Shown: positions 44,833-49,353 of the stretch, in pieces
Position numbering within the stretch: the stretch's first letter is position 1
How the letters are laid out: every line of letters begins with the position of its first letter
Source: Flavobacteriales bacterium
Lineage (GTDB): Bacteria > Bacteroidota > Bacteroidia > Flavobacteriales_D > Parvicellaceae
DNA length: 49,353 bases
Reading direction: 5' to 3'
Assembly (NCBI GenBank): GCA_029244805.1
Contig: JAQWQH010000101.1
Span: forward strand, 1-49,353
The notes under the pieces: generated by a model
The model's input: only the letters and a program-made list of their open reading frames with translations
The model's database searches: none
Told to the model about the DNA's origin: nothing
Made by a program: the position numbers and the translations under genes

Positions 44833-45687
44833 TTAAACGTTTTTTAATTTGAATTTATTAAAAAGGAATAGGACACTACCAACAACAGCAGGAAAAGCAA
44901 TATTTATTACCCAAAGAATAATTGAAGCTGATAAAACTTCTGCAGTGCTGTTATAATTTGTCAATAGAAGAAGAACAACCGCTTCTCTAGTTCCTAAATT
45001 CCCCATAAAAGGAGATGGAATAAATGTAACTATCATATATAGCACACAAATAAATGTAAAAAGAGAGGTAATTGTGATGTTCACATGAAGAAGCTTTAAT
45101 AATAAGATAAATTGAAATCCAAAAACAATGTACCTGAGGACAGAAAAAGAAAGAACAGTTAATAATTCTTTCTTTCTAAAATATTTAAAATAACTGATTC
45201 GCTGAGCAAACCGACTTATGAAAGGGAGCCTTAAAGAGAATTTATATAGAAACGAAGGATAAAAAAATAAAAGTCCCAAGAATAGAACTAATAGAAACGA
45301 GATCAACAATCCATATGTGGGAAAAGCTTGGTTGACAAAATTAAGCTTCGTCCCAAAACAAACAATAATTAAAAACCCAAGGAAGCCAAATAAAGCAGTC
45401 GTTGTTAATTGAGCTGTGTTTCCCAACATGGTTGCGGATACAACCGAAACTGTGTCTTTATCTTTTAACCACAAAGCTCTGCCGATAACCGTTCCTATTT
45501 TATTTGGAGTTAAAACTCCAATAGCATTCCCGGCATATACAGATTTAACAGCATCCAATTTATTGATGGGTTGGGTTTTTGAAATTAGCATTCGAAATTT
45601 TACAGATTCTAACCACCAATTCAGAAACTGCGCAATAAACACAATTATTAGAATCATAATTGCGTCAAACGTTACCAGGTCTTTCAA
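44833..45687 (-). CDS. flippase-like (UPF0104 / LPG-synthase-TM family) membrane protein
   Basis: About 8 hydrophobic segments with a pattern typical of the family (GNAIGVLTPNKIG, PSPFMGNLGTREA). The start is uncertain (TTG at 45687). Confidence 0.55.
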   Translation of the reverse strand: MKDLVTFDAIMILIIVFIAQFLNWWLESVKFRMLISKTQPINKLDAVKSVYAGNAIGVLTPNKIGTVIGRALWLKDKDTVSVVSATMLGNTAQLTTTALFGFLGFLIIVCFGTKLNFVNQAFPTYGLLISFLLVLFLGLLFFYPSFLYKFSLRLPFISRFAQRISYFKYFRKKELLTVLSFSVLRYIVFGFQFILLLKLLHVNITITSLFTFICVLYMIVTFIPSPFMGNLGTREAVVLLLLTNYNSTAEVLSASIILWVINIAFPAVVGSVLFLFNKFKLKNV

Positions 45688-45834
45688 TACACCGTTGAAA
45701 TTTAAACTCTCTTTGTTCTTCAGTAATTCTCCATAGATAACGTACCCAGCTCCAACAAATATTAAAATTTGGAGTATACGTATTATAATCTTATTTATTT
45801 TTACTTGTTCGATAGATACAAATTTAAACTTTTG

Positions 45835-46392
45835 ATGATAGTTTCCGACAAAATAATTTTAGGTCTAGATCCTGGAACCACAACAATGGGCTATGGAATT
45901 ATTCGTATTCGAAAGAATAAGATGGAAATGATAAGTACCGGTGTAATTCATTTACATAAACTTGAAAACCATGAGTTAAAGCTGAAAAAGATATTTGAAA
46001 AAGTAAGTTTTTTAGTCGAGGAATACCTTCCAGACGAAGTTGCTGTAGAAGCCCCTTTTTTTGGGAAAAACGTTCAGTCGATGCTTAAATTAGGTAGAGC
46101 CCAAGGAGTCGCTATGGCAGCAGTTCTTACCAAAGATTTACCAATCCAAGAATATGCTCCTCGAAAGATAAAACAAGCAATAACGGGGAACGGTAATGCC
46201 AGTAAAGAACAAGTGGCTAAAATGCTACAATCGTTATTAAAACTCAAAGAGTTACCAAAAAAATTAGATGCAACAGATGGACTTGCAGCAGCGGTATGCC
46301 ACTACTTTCAAACAGGAAAATCAGACTCTGGCAAAAAGAACTACTCAGGATGGAGTTCATTTGTTAAGGATAATCCAGATAGAACAAAATAA
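45835..46392 (+). CDS. ruvC: crossover junction endodeoxyribonuclease RuvC
   Basis: The ORF-track start at 45769 is a TTG. The ATG at 45835 gives MIVSDKIILGLDPGTTTMGYG (catalytic Asp block). Also EVAVEAPFF and DATDGLAAAVCH. Confidence 0.9.
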   Translation: MIVSDKIILGLDPGTTTMGYGIIRIRKNKMEMISTGVIHLHKLENHELKLKKIFEKVSFLVEEYLPDEVAVEAPFFGKNVQSMLKLGRAQGVAMAAVLTKDLPIQEYAPRKIKQAITGNGNASKEQVAKMLQSLLKLKELPKKLDATDGLAAAVCHYFQTGKSDSGKKNYSGWSSFVKDNPDRTK

Positions 46393-46395
46393 GAT

Positions 46396-46785
46396 TTAAG
46401 CTTCTGAAATACTTTTTGCAATCTTCTCTAGTTTTGCGCTATCAAATTTCTTTTTAGGTTTAGAAAAATCCATGTCGGCAATACTGTTTATTGGCATTAA
46501 ATGAATGTGTGCATGCGGAACTTCAAGTCCAATCACAGTAACACCAATCCGGTCACAAGGCAAAACTCTTTTCATTTTGATTGCTACTTTTTTCGCAAAT
46601 AGAGTTAATCCTGCAAGCAAATCATCTTCTAAATCAAAAACATAATCTACCTCTTGCTTTGGAATAACCAGCACATGGCCTTGAACCAATGGGTTCACAT
46701 CTAAAAAAGCTAAAAAAAGATCATCCTCTGCAACTCTATAACATGGAATATCTCCATTTACAATTTTAGAAAAAATAGAACTCAT
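46396..46785 (-). CDS. HIT-family (histidine triad) protein
   Basis: 129 aa with the HxHxHxx motif (VPHAHIHLMP). Confidence 0.9.
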   Translation of the reverse strand: MSSIFSKIVNGDIPCYRVAEDDLFLAFLDVNPLVQGHVLVIPKQEVDYVFDLEDDLLAGLTLFAKKVAIKMKRVLPCDRIGVTVIGLEVPHAHIHLMPINSIADMDFSKPKKKFDSAKLEKIAKSISEA

Positions 46786-46795
46786 ACGAATTTAT

Positions 46796-47269
46796 TTAAC
46801 GGGAAATAGCGATAATTTCAAACTCTATAGTTCCATTTGGTGTTTCGACTGGCGCAATATCTCCGACCGATTTTCCTAATAATCCTTTCCCTATTGGGGA
46901 ATCTATAGATATTTTGCGAAGTTTTAAATCAGCCTCGTTTCCGGCAACTAAAGTATATTCCATCTCCATACCATTCTTCACATTTTTGATCTTTACTGTA
47001 GATAAGATCAAAGCTTTAGATGTATCCAATTTTGAATCATCTATTAAACGGGCAATAGATAACTCATTTTTCAATTTTGAAATACGCGCTTCCATAAGAC
47101 CTTGTGATTCTTTAGCAGCATGGTATTCTGCATTTTCCGAAAGATCACCCAAATCGATTGCAGCACCAATTAAAGCGGATAACTTTGGACGCTCGACTTT
47201 TTCCAAGTGTTCTATTTCATCCTTTAGTTTTTTAAGACCTTCTTGTGTATAGTAATTAATTTTTGACAT
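46796..47269 (-). CDS. greA: transcription elongation factor GreA
   Basis: 157 aa with an N-terminal coiled coil carrying acidic tip residues (GDLSENAEYHAAKE) and a C-terminal FKBP-like domain. Confidence 0.9.
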   Translation of the reverse strand: MSKINYYTQEGLKKLKDEIEHLEKVERPKLSALIGAAIDLGDLSENAEYHAAKESQGLMEARISKLKNELSIARLIDDSKLDTSKALILSTVKIKNVKNGMEMEYTLVAGNEADLKLRKISIDSPIGKGLLGKSVGDIAPVETPNGTIEFEIIAISR

Positions 47270-47348
47270 AATAGAGGTAAGTTCTTTAAACCAGAAAAGA
47301 GAATCCCAAAAAGACTCTCTTTACTAATAACTTATATAGTTTAATTTC

Positions 47349-48416
47349 TTATTTCAAGTTAATCCGACCACCAATAGAGTGAATACCACCTAATGTTGAA
47401 CTTCTGTATCCGTAGTCAATACCAATCATTGTTTCATTTTTTCCTACAGGAAAATCAACAGATAATCCAGCAGATAAACCCGTTAGAGAATTCGTTCGAT
47501 TCACATTATCAAATATTCCATTTTCATATATATATCCCGCTCTTGCAATAAAATAAGCTTGCTTCAAACCACTAAATGTATATTCCCCACCTAATCTATA
47601 TTGATCTTTAGAAAACGAGTTCGAAGTATAAACAAATCCCATTGTTAATTTATTTGATTCATCAAATAAGAAGTCGTAAGAAGCTGCAATATGCAATAAA
47701 GAAGGTAATTCAAAAGAAGAAACACGTTGTTCCGAAGTAATAAGGATGCCTGTATTTGGGTTTAACATTTCTAATGAGATACCATCACCACTATATTCCA
47801 GAGGAGCTCCAACATTTTTTAAACTTATTGCAAATTTAATTTGATCATTTTCTCCGGTTGCATATCTAATTCCTATATCAACAGCAACACCCGAAGCTTT
47901 AACATTGGAAATGGCCTCAGAAACTACCTTCAAATTTAAGCCTCCCGAGATAGAAGAAGAAAACTGTCTTGCATATGCCAAATTAATATTAGTAAAAACT
48001 GGCTTAAATGTTCCAATATTTCCCTCTGGTAATTCAGTGGTAGTAATTGGAATGTCTCCGAAATTCATTGACATTATCGAAACAGCCATAACACCTGTCT
48101 CTCCAACGCGTTGAGCCAATCCAAATCCATTTAAAGCAATATCTGAAATACCACCTAACCAATTCGTTCTAGCAAAGATAATCTCTGTTTTATCGGCATA
48201 GGCCAATCCTGCCACATTCGAAAATAGTGCCTCTAACCCCTTAATTGAAGAAACTCCGGCACCGCCCCAAGATGAACTTCGTGACCATGGGTTTATTAGT
48301 AATTCAGTAGCTCCAGCAGAACCAGCTCTATCCTCGTTACCAGCAAATGTAGGAAGTGAAGATGCCAACATTCCTGCTAACACAATACTTACTCTAAAAC
48401 TTTTACTTAATCTCAT
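47349..48416 (-). CDS. PorV/PorQ-family (FadL-like) outer-membrane beta-barrel protein
   Basis: Signal peptide, then GSAGATELLINPWSRSSSWGGAGVSSIKGLEALFSNVAGLA. This resembles the N-terminal plug motif of PorV/PorQ/FadL-type barrels. Alternating beta-strand pattern. It lies 46 nt downstream of a T9SS CTD protein gene. Confidence 0.55.
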   Translation of the reverse strand: MRLSKSFRVSIVLAGMLASSLPTFAGNEDRAGSAGATELLINPWSRSSSWGGAGVSSIKGLEALFSNVAGLAYADKTEIIFARTNWLGGISDIALNGFGLAQRVGETGVMAVSIMSMNFGDIPITTTELPEGNIGTFKPVFTNINLAYARQFSSSISGGLNLKVVSEAISNVKASGVAVDIGIRYATGENDQIKFAISLKNVGAPLEYSGDGISLEMLNPNTGILITSEQRVSSFELPSLLHIAASYDFLFDESNKLTMGFVYTSNSFSKDQYRLGGEYTFSGLKQAYFIARAGYIYENGIFDNVNRTNSLTGLSAGLSVDFPVGKNETMIGIDYGYRSSTLGGIHSIGGRINLK

Positions 48417-48462
48417 ATCTAATCTTATTTAACAAAAATTCGTTTCAATCTAATCAATATTC

Positions 48463-49353
48463 CTAGAATTGATCTAAATCTGGAGGGCGTATCACACCAA
48501 ACCATTTTAATACTCTTTCACCAACATTAGGAACATCTACATGAATTAAATACAATCCACTTGAAATTGGAATATTCTTAAAGTTTTTCAAGTTCCATTC
48601 AACGTGGGTTATGTTATTATCTTTATTAAATGTTCTAACCAATATTCCATTTACAGTATAAATTTTAATGGTACACTGATCCGGCAGGTTTACTATTTTA
48701 ATCAAATTATCTAATCTGTTGTTCTCATAGTTGGAATAAGCATAATATGGGTTTGGAACAACATTGATAAGAGACAATATACTATCATCTGGAACAAATG
48801 TTTCGGTACTTACCGCTAAGCTATCCATGTTGAATTCATATAAAGGACACCAGTCATTAATACTTCCTCCAATGTTTGTGTAATGCTGAGCATTTATAGA
48901 ATGTTTAGCGTAAGCACTAGCAACTCTAATTTTAATTCTCACATCCGTTTCTATGTAAGAAAATGGATCTGACTCATCAGCTAGACCTATTGCTGTCTCC
49001 GAAAGCATCGGTGTACCAACCCACATACATGATCTCCATACTTTTAGATAATCTCCGGCATTTGGATTAGCGTTGTCAACTATCTTACTTCTGATAAATG
49101 CACATTCATCATATGCCGGCATATTAGTACTAAAACCACTAACGACAGGTTGCTCCTTTCTGTAGTTTTTGAATACGTATACATAATGCTTTCCACCAAA
49201 TAATGGTTCTCCAAAACCTGTATATAGATTAGCAGATGGATTGAAAACCATATCTTTACCTCCTTCGTTTCCTAACCAAGAATCTTCAGCAAACGCCATA
49301 TTTAACCTTTCTCCTGACTCAAGGTCAATTGCATAACCAGGGAACCAACTCAT
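48463..49353 (-). CDS. C-terminal part of a T9SS type-A sorting-domain cargo protein (5' end lies outside the window)
   Basis: The reading frame is open to the window edge. The last ~85 aa fit the Por secretion C-terminal domain (VVPNPYYAYS...IKIVNLPDQCTIKIYTVNGILVRTF...SGLYLIHVDV...ERVLKWFGVIR). Confidence 0.7.
   Translation of the reverse strand: MSWFPGYAIDLESGERLNMAFAEDSWLGNEGGKDMVFNPSANLYTGFGEPLFGGKHYVYVFKNYRKEQPVVSGFSTNMPAYDECAFIRSKIVDNANPNAGDYLKVWRSCMWVGTPMLSETAIGLADESDPFSYIETDVRIKIRVASAYAKHSINAQHYTNIGGSINDWCPLYEFNMDSLAVSTETFVPDDSILSLINVVPNPYYAYSNYENNRLDNLIKIVNLPDQCTIKIYTVNGILVRTFNKDNNITHVEWNLKNFKNIPISSGLYLIHVDVPNVGERVLKWFGVIRPPDLDQF

Overview
This is a low-GC segment of a Bacteroidota-type chromosome, Flavobacteriia-like. 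Supporting signs are a type III glutamine synthetase, a fused SecDF, type IX secretion (T9SS) genes, TAnnTTTG -7 boxes and many TTG/GTG starts. I found no rRNA, tRNA, CRISPR array, transposase or integrase.

Most of the window is densely packed housekeeping. 0.1-18 kb carries an alanine symporter, an RmlD-like SDR, a K+ channel, pspC-like, pyrF, prfA, purM, an OmpA/TPR/PD40 protein, glnN, a CaCA antiporter, tatA, secDF and mdh. 31-49 kb carries gyrB, a TPR protein plus beta-barrel pair, ftsE, two GT4 genes, murB, an OppC-like permease, a GT2 plus flippase-like pair, ruvC, a HIT protein, greA, a PorV/PorQ-like barrel and a truncated T9SS type-A cargo gene.

The only accessory-looking block lies at 18.2-31.0 kb, between mdh and gyrB.
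- An ECF sigma gene overlaps by ATGA a gene for a membrane-anchored PKD protein that ends in a T9SS type-B sorting domain.
- After a 495-nt non-coding gap comes a very tightly packed five-gene set: small secreted protein, 600-aa type-B cargo, PorP/SprF-like protein, small secreted protein, 949-aa type-B cargo.
- A separately transcribed ~1213-aa paralog follows.

Two observations tie this block together.
- The same bipartite GCAAC-N16-CGTC motif (ECF-promoter-like) sits upstream of both the sigma gene and the cargo operon.
- The cargo genes are mosaics. The 949-aa protein shares about 765 N-terminal residues with the 1213-aa protein and its last 166 residues with the 600-aa protein.

I propose this as a candidate secretion-coupled ECF sigma/anti-sigma module that controls a private T9SS type-B cargo/SprF operon. 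That is a hypothesis from sequence only.
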